From Methylophilales phage Melnitz-1 EXVC043M, in sequence record MZ577095.1: 32,000 nt of DNA, one strand, 5' to 3'. Positions 18,025-25,801 of the stretch are shown piece after piece. Positions within the stretch are counted from its first letter, which is position 1. Each line of letters opens with the position of its first letter. The notes under the pieces were generated by a model. That model was not told where the DNA came from, made no database searches, and saw only the letters and a list, made by a program, of their open reading frames with translations. Position numbers and translations under genes: made by a program.

Positions 18025-18537
18025 ATGAAAAGTATCGTGGAAGTCACGAGTATTAACGAGGAAGAACTTCCAGAACTTTATTGTGATATGGATCAAGTTC
18101 TTTGCGATTTCATTGGTGGGTATGAACAACTCACTGGTAAGCAATTTGAGAAAACTCCCAAAGAAGAACGCTGGGATGCAATCATAGGTAAGAAAGATTT
18201 TTGGCATACCTTACCTTGGATGCCTGGCGCTCAAAGATTGTGGAAATTGATTAATAAATATGATGCGAATATCTTATCTGCATACTCAAATAGAGATGGG
18301 AATAGTCGGAAGGGAAAGAAGTCTTGGTTATCCAAGAATGCAAAACCTACTGGTAAAATCCATCTTGTACAACGTGCAGATAAAAAGAAGTATGCCACTA
18401 CAGACGGAAACCCTAATATTCTAATTGATGATTATATGAAGAATATTAAGGAATGGGAGTCTGCTGGTGGTATTGGGATACACCATACATCCCCAACAAA
18501 CACTATTTCTCAGCTGAAGAGAAATGGATTTAGATAA
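18025..18537 (+). CDS. HAD-superfamily 5'-nucleotidase/phosphatase-like protein; ATG 18025
   Basis: LYCDMDQVLCDF HAD motif I, ILSAYSNR motif II-like, PNILIDDYMKNIKEW motif IV-like. Confidence 0.8.
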   Translation: MKSIVEVTSINEEELPELYCDMDQVLCDFIGGYEQLTGKQFEKTPKEERWDAIIGKKDFWHTLPWMPGAQRLWKLINKYDANILSAYSNRDGNSRKGKKSWLSKNAKPTGKIHLVQRADKKKYATTDGNPNILIDDYMKNIKEWESAGGIGIHHTSPTNTISQLKRNGFR

Positions 18538-18540
18538 ATA
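18533..18540 (+). promoter_or_regulatory. Late promoter octamer GATAAATA (NATAAATA type)
   Basis: Just upstream of 18572 virion protein gene; straddles the HAD gene stop. Confidence 0.65.
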
Positions 18541-18571
18541 GATAAGTAAACTTTAAACTAGGAGAACTATC

Positions 18572-19114
18572 ATGGCCCTATGGGGAATAACAGATGCAGA
18601 TGAAGCAAAACCAAAGTGGTTGACATCGGCAGAAAAAGCAGACGTTTTCGCAACCGATAGAGGTTGGGTAAAACTTAACGGCAAAGGACTTGAAGAAGTT
18701 ATTTGTTCAATCGGTGGATTGTCAACATCAGTTGGCGGTGCAGATATTAACACAGCAGCATTCGTTTCAACAGCGTTTGACGTAAGTGCTGGTGGTAATG
18801 TTGACGTAAGACTTACTTTCAATGAGAAGGTAACTGTTACAGGTTCACCAACAATTACTATTACTAACTCACAAGCAGGTGGCGGTTCAGCTGCAACTAA
18901 GACTGCAACATATCAGTCTGGTTCTGGAACTAACAAACTTGTGTTTAGATGTACAATCGGTGCAGGCGGTTCAACTGTTTCAGCATCTGACGTATTGTCA
19001 GTTGCTTCACAAAACATTGCACTTGCTGGTGGAACAATCAAGGATACTGGTACAACAGTTAACTCTGGTGTTGCAGTTCCAGTTGGTACAGCCACACTTA
19101 CAGCGGTTGCATAA
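18572..19114 (+). CDS. Putative virion structural/head decoration protein (MALWGITDADEAKPKWL…, Ig-like beta-rich repeat region)
   Basis: Characteristic marine T4-like N-terminus; Gly/Thr/Ser-rich beta pattern; AGGAG RBS and late promoter. Confidence 0.65.
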   Translation: MALWGITDADEAKPKWLTSAEKADVFATDRGWVKLNGKGLEEVICSIGGLSTSVGGADINTAAFVSTAFDVSAGGNVDVRLTFNEKVTVTGSPTITITNSQAGGGSAATKTATYQSGSGTNKLVFRCTIGAGGSTVSASDVLSVASQNIALAGGTIKDTGTTVNSGVAVPVGTATLTAVA

Positions 19115-19138
19115 GTAGTATAAACAACGGAGTATATA

Positions 19139-19396
19139 ATGTCAAAGAATGATAAGACACTAAGTGTCACTGAAATTGAACAGAAAAAAATAGATTTGCA
19201 AACTGACTTGGATAAAGTAACAAGTCAGTTGCAAAATATGGATAAGATGAAGGTGCAGTTACAAGCACAAGGGAATGCACTATCTGGTGCGATTCAACAG
19301 TGTGATGTGTTTCTAAACCTATTAGGTGAGTCGAGTCCCGACAAAACAGTACCCTCGCAAGACGATAGTGCGGCAGTAAATACTGCACTGAGTTGA
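19139..19396 (+). CDS. Hypothetical coiled-coil protein (85 aa)
   Basis: ORF with heptad-like QTDLDKVTSQLQNMDKMKVQLQ. Confidence 0.5.
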   Translation: MSKNDKTLSVTEIEQKKIDLQTDLDKVTSQLQNMDKMKVQLQAQGNALSGAIQQCDVFLNLLGESSPDKTVPSQDDSAAVNTALS

Positions 19397-19424
19397 GGGA
19401 TTAAATTAACTAAGGAGAAAGAAA

Positions 19425-19877
19425 ATGGCAGATAAAAAAATTACTGCACTTACAGATTTGGGTGCCGGAATAGCAGCAGAAGATTTACTTCATGTTATTG
19501 ATGACCCATCTGGCAACCCTGTAAACAAAAAAATTAGTGTTGCTAACTTTTTCAACAACGTACCAACTTATATCGCATTAGACGATACAGTACAGGTTGT
19601 TGATACAACTACAGAAGCGGTTAACGTAACTTCTTCTATTTCGCACATCAATACATCAATCGCTGGTGGAGCTCATGCGGGCGCACTTGCAGATGGAACT
19701 AACGGACAAATTAAAATCCTCACTATGGTTGCTGATGGTGGTAATTCTGTTGTTACTCCAGCAAATGCAAATGGTTTCTCAACTATTACATTCGCTGATG
19801 TGGGTGATACTGCAACTCTAATCTTTACTGGTAGCAAGTGGAACATTATTAGTTCTCATTCTGTTACAGTAGCATAA
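19425..19877 (+). CDS. Putative virion structural/tail-fibre-associated protein (150 aa)
   Basis: MADKKITALTDLGAGIAAEDLLHVIDDPSGNPVNKKISVANFF start typical of marine phage virion proteins; RBS AAGGAGA. Confidence 0.6.
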   Translation: MADKKITALTDLGAGIAAEDLLHVIDDPSGNPVNKKISVANFFNNVPTYIALDDTVQVVDTTTEAVNVTSSISHINTSIAGGAHAGALADGTNGQIKILTMVADGGNSVVTPANANGFSTITFADVGDTATLIFTGSKWNIISSHSVTVA

Positions 19878-19887
19878 GGAGATTACT

Positions 19888-20067
19888 ATGAGTGAACGAC
19901 TAGGTGCAAATGGAATGCCAATGGAAAAGAAGGATGAATCATCTGAGATGATTTCTGAAATTCTTGAGGTTAATCCAAATAAAAAAACTAAAAAAGCAGA
20001 AAAGAAAGAAGATTCATTATCTTCTGAATGGATTGCTGATGAGGAAGTAAAAGATGAAGAACTTTAA
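19888..20067 (+). CDS. Small acidic hypothetical protein (59 aa; absent from supplied ORF list)
   Basis: MSERLGANGMPMEKKDESSEMISEILEVNPNKKTKKAEKKEDSLSSEWIADEEVKDEEL*; preceded by AAGGAG; overlaps next gene start. Confidence 0.6.
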   Translation: MSERLGANGMPMEKKDESSEMISEILEVNPNKKTKKAEKKEDSLSSEWIADEEVKDEEL

Positions 20068-20449
20068 AAATCATATTGCAGAAGAAGTCTCTGCTGACGG
20101 TTCTGACTTTTCTAATGACGTATCAGACCCTAACACTGTAAAAAGAATCAATGCATTCTTAGGTGCAATGGGTGGTATTGAACATCTTGTTCCAGAACAT
20201 GCAATGAATAAACTAAGAGAAAGACTAGGTAGACTAGGACTTTCATTTGGTGAAGTTTCTATGAACGAAGATGGTGGAAAAATGTCAATGCCTCTTGCAC
20301 AGTTTGGTGGAAGAACAGGTAAAGACGAGAATGGTGATGATATTAATGATGATGGTATCTCTCACAAAGTTGAGGGTGGATTATCATTGGAAATACAACA
20401 CGAAGTCACTAGCGGCGGAACACACTTTATCAAGACTAAAATCGTTTAG
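20054..20449 (+). CDS. Conserved phage hypothetical with capsid-targeting-like leader (MKNFKNHIAE|E)
   Basis: ORF, leader similarity. Confidence 0.55.
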   Translation: MKNFKNHIAEEVSADGSDFSNDVSDPNTVKRINAFLGAMGGIEHLVPEHAMNKLRERLGRLGLSFGEVSMNEDGGKMSMPLAQFGGRTGKDENGDDINDDGISHKVEGGLSLEIQHEVTSGGTHFIKTKIV

Positions 20450-20463
20450 TAACGGTTTATATT

Positions 20464-20826
20464 ATGTTTGAGAAGATAACTAATGATAATGTCATTATGT
20501 TTGCTATAAAACACTATGACAATCCACAATGTGAAGGTGAATCAGAGTTTCACGATGATATGAAACGCTTTAAGTATATTAAGCGTTTGTTAAGAAAGTA
20601 TCGTGAACATGGTGAACTGAAAGAAAGACTTATACTAAATCACATGATTGTTGTTAATAATGTGTTTGGTGCAGAGGCAGGTTCTACTTTGTTAATTTTT
20701 AAGATTGAACCAGAGTTTTGGTCTATTCTTAAAACATTTATGAACTTCTTGGGAATGCTCCCAGAAGGAGAACTTGAACATATAGACGAAGATAAACGTG
20801 TTAAGGAAGTATTAGAGAGAATATAA
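20464..20826 (+). CDS. Conserved T4-like phage hypothetical protein (120 aa)
   Basis: ORF in tight operon-like arrangement. Confidence 0.55.
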   Translation: MFEKITNDNVIMFAIKHYDNPQCEGESEFHDDMKRFKYIKRLLRKYREHGELKERLILNHMIVVNNVFGAEAGSTLLIFKIEPEFWSILKTFMNFLGMLPEGELEHIDEDKRVKEVLERI

Positions 20827-21438
20827 ATGGGTAGAGCGATTGACTTATTTGTTACATACCGTTTCGTTAAACTGTTAACGACACCGTTTGAAAAGACTGA
20901 TGCATATAAAATGGGCATCATCGACAAGGACGGTTTCCGTACAGATAAGATACTGTATAAACAAGCAGAACAAAATGCATACACAGTTTTACATAAACTG
21001 GTATTCAATATTAAACGCATATTTGCAAAGGTGCCTGGACTTAGAACAAGACTAGGAACATATGCAGCAGCCCTATTTCTTTTAAAGGATACTTTTAAAG
21101 AGCATGTCGAAAGTCCAGATATGTTTGAGAAAGGTCTTCTTGAATATCTAAAACAGCAAGGCGTTGAATTCGATAATACTATTGTGGAAGAGGTTACTCT
21201 GGACAATGGTAAATTAAGTAAAGGTATTTACGTTCTCACCCAAGATGTTGTGACAACAGAAGCAGAAGGTGAAATTGATGCTTTAGAGGGTGATGAGGTA
21301 GAGGTGTTTGAAGATAGTCCACCAGAGGATACTATCCTTGGTGTTGACGTTTTCAGTGCAGTACATAAAAAAACAAAACAGAAGATATATGTTTCTTCTG
21401 AAGATATAAAAGAACTAGACATAGGAGACCTATTATGA
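20827..21438 (+). CDS. Conserved T4-like phage hypothetical protein (203 aa)
   Basis: ORF in tight operon-like arrangement. Confidence 0.55.
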   Translation: MGRAIDLFVTYRFVKLLTTPFEKTDAYKMGIIDKDGFRTDKILYKQAEQNAYTVLHKLVFNIKRIFAKVPGLRTRLGTYAAALFLLKDTFKEHVESPDMFEKGLLEYLKQQGVEFDNTIVEEVTLDNGKLSKGIYVLTQDVVTTEAEGEIDALEGDEVEVFEDSPPEDTILGVDVFSAVHKKTKQKIYVSSEDIKELDIGDLL

Positions 21439-21953
21439 GTTTCAAATTTGATGACATAATGAAAAAGTTCTATGACGACCCTAAGTTGGGCATTAAGACT
21501 GAAGATGCTCCAGCAAATGCATCTGGTAGTGCAGTCGCTGGAACTGGTGACGATAGCTCTACTGTGGTAGTCAAGAAAAAAGAAAAGAAAGCCTACGATG
21601 GTAGAACCAAAGAAGGTAAAACATTCTTCAAAAGAATGGCAGAACGTAAAGCAAAAAGAGAAGCATCTCGACTTGCACAGAAAGTTCAAGAAAATACAGT
21701 TAATCGTGAACACGAATACCTTATGGTAGAAGATAACGTGGATATGTTAAAGAGTATTGTCAAGAACAAACAAAACAAAAGTATCAAGTTCAAAGATGGT
21801 TCTATGAAAGTTGACTTGTTTACTGCATCAGCAATCACACAAGTTTTCGATAAAGTTAATAAATCTAATCAGAAAAAAATGAAAGATATGATTAACGGTA
21901 AGAAAGCACAGTTTATGAAGATTGCAGACTTTTCCTTATCCAAGGTTAAGTAA
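21435..21953 (+). CDS. Conserved T4-like phage hypothetical protein (172 aa, Lys-rich)
   Basis: ATGA overlap with upstream gene. Confidence 0.55.
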   Translation: MSFKFDDIMKKFYDDPKLGIKTEDAPANASGSAVAGTGDDSSTVVVKKKEKKAYDGRTKEGKTFFKRMAERKAKREASRLAQKVQENTVNREHEYLMVEDNVDMLKSIVKNKQNKSIKFKDGSMKVDLFTASAITQVFDKVNKSNQKKMKDMINGKKAQFMKIADFSLSKVK

Positions 21954-21954
21954 T

Positions 21955-22404
21955 TTGAAAACCTTTTTACAGTTTGAGCAATCATACTCTTATGCTATGG
22001 GTAACTATAAACCAATTGCAGATTTAAATGCTGCATCTGGTGATGGAAACCTTTCCAAATCTGATTTGGATAATGTAGAGAAGTATGCAGACAGACTATA
22101 TAAAAGTGTCGGTATAGACGTAGAGTTTACTCGACATTTTTTAGATAGGGTTAATGATGCACGAAACAAGAAACAGATTACTGTGGCGGAGCTTATTCGG
22201 TTATTTAAACAATCGTATAAGAAGTACGGTAAGAAGATTGCTCAACTCGGCCCAGATGCCGAAGCAGTCTTAAATGATATGCAGACAGATGTTAATATGC
22301 CGTTTGCATTAAAATGGGATGGTAAGGAACTGGATTTAATTGCAAAAACTGTAATGAGAAAAACAAACTTTGCAACCAGTAACCAAAAACTATCCTTTAA
22401 ATAA
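21955..22404 (+). CDS. Conserved phage hypothetical; possible TTG start 21955 giving MKTFLQFEQS leader (alternative ATG 21997)
   Basis: Open frame directly after preceding stop; leader similarity. Confidence 0.5.
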   Translation: MKTFLQFEQSYSYAMGNYKPIADLNAASGDGNLSKSDLDNVEKYADRLYKSVGIDVEFTRHFLDRVNDARNKKQITVAELIRLFKQSYKKYGKKIAQLGPDAEAVLNDMQTDVNMPFALKWDGKELDLIAKTVMRKTNFATSNQKLSFK

Positions 22405-22416
22405 AGGAGAAGAAAG

Positions 22417-22578
22417 ATGAGAAATTGGATTAAAGCAAGAATCGAAGAAAGAACATCATGGGATGGCGCTGCACTTATAGCAGTTGGAGTAATCGTATTG
22501 ATTGCAGGCCCATTTGCATCAATGGCTGCATATGCAGCGATTGCTTATGGTGCATGGACAATTTGGAAATCTGAGTAA
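22417..22578 (+). CDS. Small single-TM membrane protein (53 aa; absent from supplied ORF list)
   Basis: MRNWIKARIEERTSWDGAALIAVGVIVLIAGPFASMAAYAAIAYGAWTIWKSE*; preceded by AAAGGAGAA. Confidence 0.65.
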   Translation: MRNWIKARIEERTSWDGAALIAVGVIVLIAGPFASMAAYAAIAYGAWTIWKSE

Positions 22579-22582
22579 GGCC

Positions 22583-22924
22583 ATGAACAGTAAATTTAGT
22601 ATTGGTGTTGTAATTGCGATTGTTTTACAGGTATCTGCCTTTGTATGGTGGACTGCACAACAGGCGCAAACTATTTCACAATTGAATGAACAGGTATCAG
22701 AACTTACTAGTCGAATGGCAGTGGAAGATGATGTAAACTTCAAACGTGACATTAAAGATTTAACAGCAAAAGTTAATGACATGGATGATTGGATTACAGA
22801 AAACTTTCATAATATAGAAGAGTTAATCGACTTTGCAACTTTCACAGAAAATAGATGGGCAAGTGAGTATGCAAATGACCCATCCTATGAAAGAAAGTTC
22901 GGTACTAAGGCACCAGTGGAATGA
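22583..22924 (+). CDS. Membrane-anchored coiled-coil protein; ATG 22583
   Basis: MNSKFSIGVVIAIVLQVSAFVWW TM followed by coiled coil. Confidence 0.6.
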   Translation: MNSKFSIGVVIAIVLQVSAFVWWTAQQAQTISQLNEQVSELTSRMAVEDDVNFKRDIKDLTAKVNDMDDWITENFHNIEELIDFATFTENRWASEYANDPSYERKFGTKAPVE

Positions 22925-23313
22925 TTAAATTATATGCAATAATTATTATTGTAGGTATCTTGGGTGGTGCAGCGTATGGTGCAAAATACTATTACGACAC
23001 CACTCAAGCAACCATTGCTACTTTGCGTGATAATAATGCAAAACTAGAGGTTGCGAATGAAACCAATCAAGCAACCATTGAGAAGATGGGACAGGATTCA
23101 AAAAGATTGAATGAACTGAACTCTGAACTCAATGCGAATTTACGCAAGTCTGAAGAATACGGAGATGAATTGCGTAATACATTAAATAAACACAACCTAA
23201 CGCATCTTGCAAACAAGAAGCCTGGGTTGATTGAAAAGAGGATGCAGAATGCGACAGATAAACTTTGGGATGACCTTGAGTCTATTACTAGCGACAACGC
23301 TGGTACTGAGTAG
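22921..23313 (+). CDS. i-spanin (Rz-like)
   Basis: N-terminal TM (LYAIIIIVGILGGAAYG) + long coiled coil, overlapped by a lipoprotein gene. Confidence 0.65.
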   Translation: MIKLYAIIIIVGILGGAAYGAKYYYDTTQATIATLRDNNAKLEVANETNQATIEKMGQDSKRLNELNSELNANLRKSEEYGDELRNTLNKHNLTHLANKKPGLIEKRMQNATDKLWDDLESITSDNAGTE

Positions 23314-23656
23314 TTGTTCTACTTTTAGACCTGAGGCAGAAATTGTAGTACAGACAAAGATAGTAGAAAAAACTATCCCTACAGTTCAGCATCCTAAACC
23401 AGTTCAAATGAACAAGGTTAAGATTTATGTTGTTTCTCCCGAAGAGAACTATGATGACTTCATCACAGAGTATTCGGCGAAGAACGGTGCAGACTCATAT
23501 ATTGCGATAAGTGTGAAAGACTATGAAAACCTATCTAAGAACTTTGCAGAACTTAGACGTTACATAGAACAACAAAAACAGATTATTGTATATTATGAGA
23601 AAGCAGTTGCCCCAACCCTAGAGGAAGAGGACAGCGAAAAAACAGGAGAAGAGTAA
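23249..23656 (+). CDS. o-spanin-like (Rz1-like) lipoprotein
   Basis: MRQINFGMTLSLLLATTLVLSSC lipobox; 5' end overlaps the i-spanin-like gene in another frame. Confidence 0.65.
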   Translation: MRQINFGMTLSLLLATTLVLSSCSTFRPEAEIVVQTKIVEKTIPTVQHPKPVQMNKVKIYVVSPEENYDDFITEYSAKNGADSYIAISVKDYENLSKNFAELRRYIEQQKQIIVYYEKAVAPTLEEEDSEKTGEE

Positions 23657-24262
23657 ATGGAATATTTACAACTTATAACATGGGACTTAATTGTCCACCA
23701 ACTTATGACATGGTGGCAGTTCACAGTGGTAGGAATTCTTATCATTGTTGGATTCATCATTAATTTGTTCGGTGTAGATAACAAGACAAAGAGATGTGGT
23801 TTTGAATATAAAGATATGCCACACATGATGCCAATACCAATTGCGACCAAAGGAAAAGGTTTCTGGGGTGCAATCTGGATGTGGTTAACAGGAAGTAGAC
23901 ATTGGGTTGTTGCAAAAGATTTTCATTTTAAATTAGATGCAGTTGAGTATGTAATCCCTAAAGGATTTCAATTTGATGGAGCATCAATTCCCAAATTCTT
24001 ACACACATGGTTATCACCAACAGGTGTATTGCTTATGGGTGGATTGGTTCACGATTACGCTTACAAGTATGAGACTCTTAAAAAGAAGGGTAAAGGTACT
24101 TGGGGTAAGATGAACCAAAAAGAAGCAGATACTATTTTTAGAGACATAAATGTCGAGATTAATGGTTTTCACTTTTTAAATTACCTTGCTTACTGGGCGC
24201 TAAGACTTGGTGGCTTTGTCGCATGGAATGGACACAGAAAAGCAAGTAAGAAGAAGAAGTAA
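23657..24262 (+). CDS. DUF1353-like protein with N-terminal TM
   Basis: GFQFDGASIPKFLHTWLSPTG…GGLVHDYAYKYE…ADTIFRDI signature. Confidence 0.75.
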   Translation: MEYLQLITWDLIVHQLMTWWQFTVVGILIIVGFIINLFGVDNKTKRCGFEYKDMPHMMPIPIATKGKGFWGAIWMWLTGSRHWVVAKDFHFKLDAVEYVIPKGFQFDGASIPKFLHTWLSPTGVLLMGGLVHDYAYKYETLKKKGKGTWGKMNQKEADTIFRDINVEINGFHFLNYLAYWALRLGGFVAWNGHRKASKKKK

Positions 24263-24264
24263 AC

Positions 24265-24720
24265 ATGGCAACCGTAAAGACGATTGAAACCGAAGTAGAA
24301 CTTCTAAAAAGAGAAGTCGGAGATATGAAGAAAATTCATGTTCGACTTGATTCTGCAATTGAAAAGATTGCAGAGGTATCATCGTCTTTACATACTATCA
24401 TGGCGGTGCATGAAGAGAAACTAATAAGACAGGAAGAAGCTTTGAACGAACAAGAAAAAGAGTTTAAAACTACTGTTTTAGAACTGCACAGTAGAATCAC
24501 ATCTAACGCTAAAGAAAATACCACTCAAATGAATGAGATGGAACGTAGACTTGTGGATGCCATGAGTGAACACAATAAGACTGAATCTGAACATTTCAGA
24601 CAGTTAAGAGAAGAATTATCAACCAGAGTAGGTGTTCTGGAAAAATGGAGATATGTCCTTATTGGAGGCTCCATAGTCATCGGATTTGCATTAACTGAGA
24701 TATTACCAATTCTTATGTAA
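24265..24720 (+). CDS. Coiled-coil protein with C-terminal TM (151 aa)
   Basis: Heptad-rich body and WRYVLIGGSIVIGFALTEILPILM tail. Confidence 0.55.
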   Translation: MATVKTIETEVELLKREVGDMKKIHVRLDSAIEKIAEVSSSLHTIMAVHEEKLIRQEEALNEQEKEFKTTVLELHSRITSNAKENTTQMNEMERRLVDAMSEHNKTESEHFRQLREELSTRVGVLEKWRYVLIGGSIVIGFALTEILPILM

Positions 24721-24725
24721 ATCTA

Positions 24726-24754
24726 TTGACATTGACGGCGAAATCCTGTATATT
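24726..24754 (+). promoter_or_regulatory. sigma70-type promoter TTGACA-17-TATATT
   Basis: 24726-24731 and 24749-24754, intergenic, ahead of gene 61. Confidence 0.75.
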
Positions 24755-24761
24755 ATGACTT

Positions 24762-25781
24762 ATGAATTATATCGACACAAAGTATATATCCCTTATATCC
24801 CCTCGTCTGAGGAACTTTAAACGAAAGACTGACTATCTTTGGCAGTTCTCTTGTCCGTACTGTGGTGACTCACAGAAGGTAAAGACTAAAGCGAGAGGGT
24901 TCATTTATAGAACAAAGAATGACCTTTTTTACAAATGTCACAACTGTTCTATAGGTACTCATCTATCTAAATTGATAGAACATGTAGATTCAAATTTACA
25001 CAAGGAATATGTACTAGAACGGTACAAAGAAGGTCTTACTTCCAATGGTCGAGGGGATAAGACGCCTGGAGCAGGCATTAAGACGCCTGACTTCAACTTT
25101 AAGAAACCTGTGTTCAAGAAGTCTTTGAAACTAGATTCATTCTCACAACTTGAAAAAAAACATCCTGCTGTTAAATTTTTATCAGAAAGATGTATCAGCG
25201 AAGAGCTGTGGAATGATATATATTTTAGTCCAAAGTTTTTTGAATATGTCAATGGACATGTCAAAGACAAGTTCCCCTCTCTGGACGGAGACCATCCTCG
25301 TATGGTTATTCCATTCAGAAAAGAGGATGGAGAGGTCTTTGCATTTCAAGGACGGGCATTTGGCGATGAGCCACAAAAATATATAACTATTATTTTGGAC
25401 AACGAACATCCCAAAATTTTTGGTTTAGATAAGGTCGACAAGAACAAAACAATATATGTTGTTGAAGGCCCTATTGATAGTCTTTTTCTAAAGAACTGTA
25501 TTGCAGTTGCACAGAGTGATTTGCGTGTACCACAGTTCAAAGACAATGCGGTGTTAGTTCCAGATAACGAACCTCGTAATGAACAGGTCTGTAAACAGAT
25601 TGAACGATGTATTGATGAAGGATACAGTGTTTGCATCTGGCCACAGAACATTGAAGAAAAAGATATTAACGACATGATTCTTGCTGGAAACGACTCAGCA
25701 GAGATTCAAGAAATTATACATAACAACACCCATAAAGGATTGCAGGCAAAGACTGTTTTCAATTCTTGGAAAAAAATATAA
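24762..25781 (+). CDS. 61: T4 gp61-like DNA primase
   Basis: FSCPYCGDSQKVKTKARGFIY … YKCHNCS zinc-binding N-terminus; IYVVEGPIDSLFL Toprim. Confidence 0.93.
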   Translation: MNYIDTKYISLISPRLRNFKRKTDYLWQFSCPYCGDSQKVKTKARGFIYRTKNDLFYKCHNCSIGTHLSKLIEHVDSNLHKEYVLERYKEGLTSNGRGDKTPGAGIKTPDFNFKKPVFKKSLKLDSFSQLEKKHPAVKFLSERCISEELWNDIYFSPKFFEYVNGHVKDKFPSLDGDHPRMVIPFRKEDGEVFAFQGRAFGDEPQKYITIILDNEHPKIFGLDKVDKNKTIYVVEGPIDSLFLKNCIAVAQSDLRVPQFKDNAVLVPDNEPRNEQVCKQIERCIDEGYSVCIWPQNIEEKDINDMILAGNDSAEIQEIIHNNTHKGLQAKTVFNSWKKI

Positions 25782-25801
25782 GCAAATAGGAGAAAGAACA
25801 C

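Noticed and set aside
20640-21206. Minus-strand 188-aa ORF
   Set aside because: Antisense across two well-packed + strand genes; no own RBS or domain evident.
22310-22330. Second KWDG motif (ALKWDGKEL) in the 21955-22404 ORF
   Set aside because: The protein is too short and lacks following ligase motifs III-V; not evidence for a second ligase-like enzyme.
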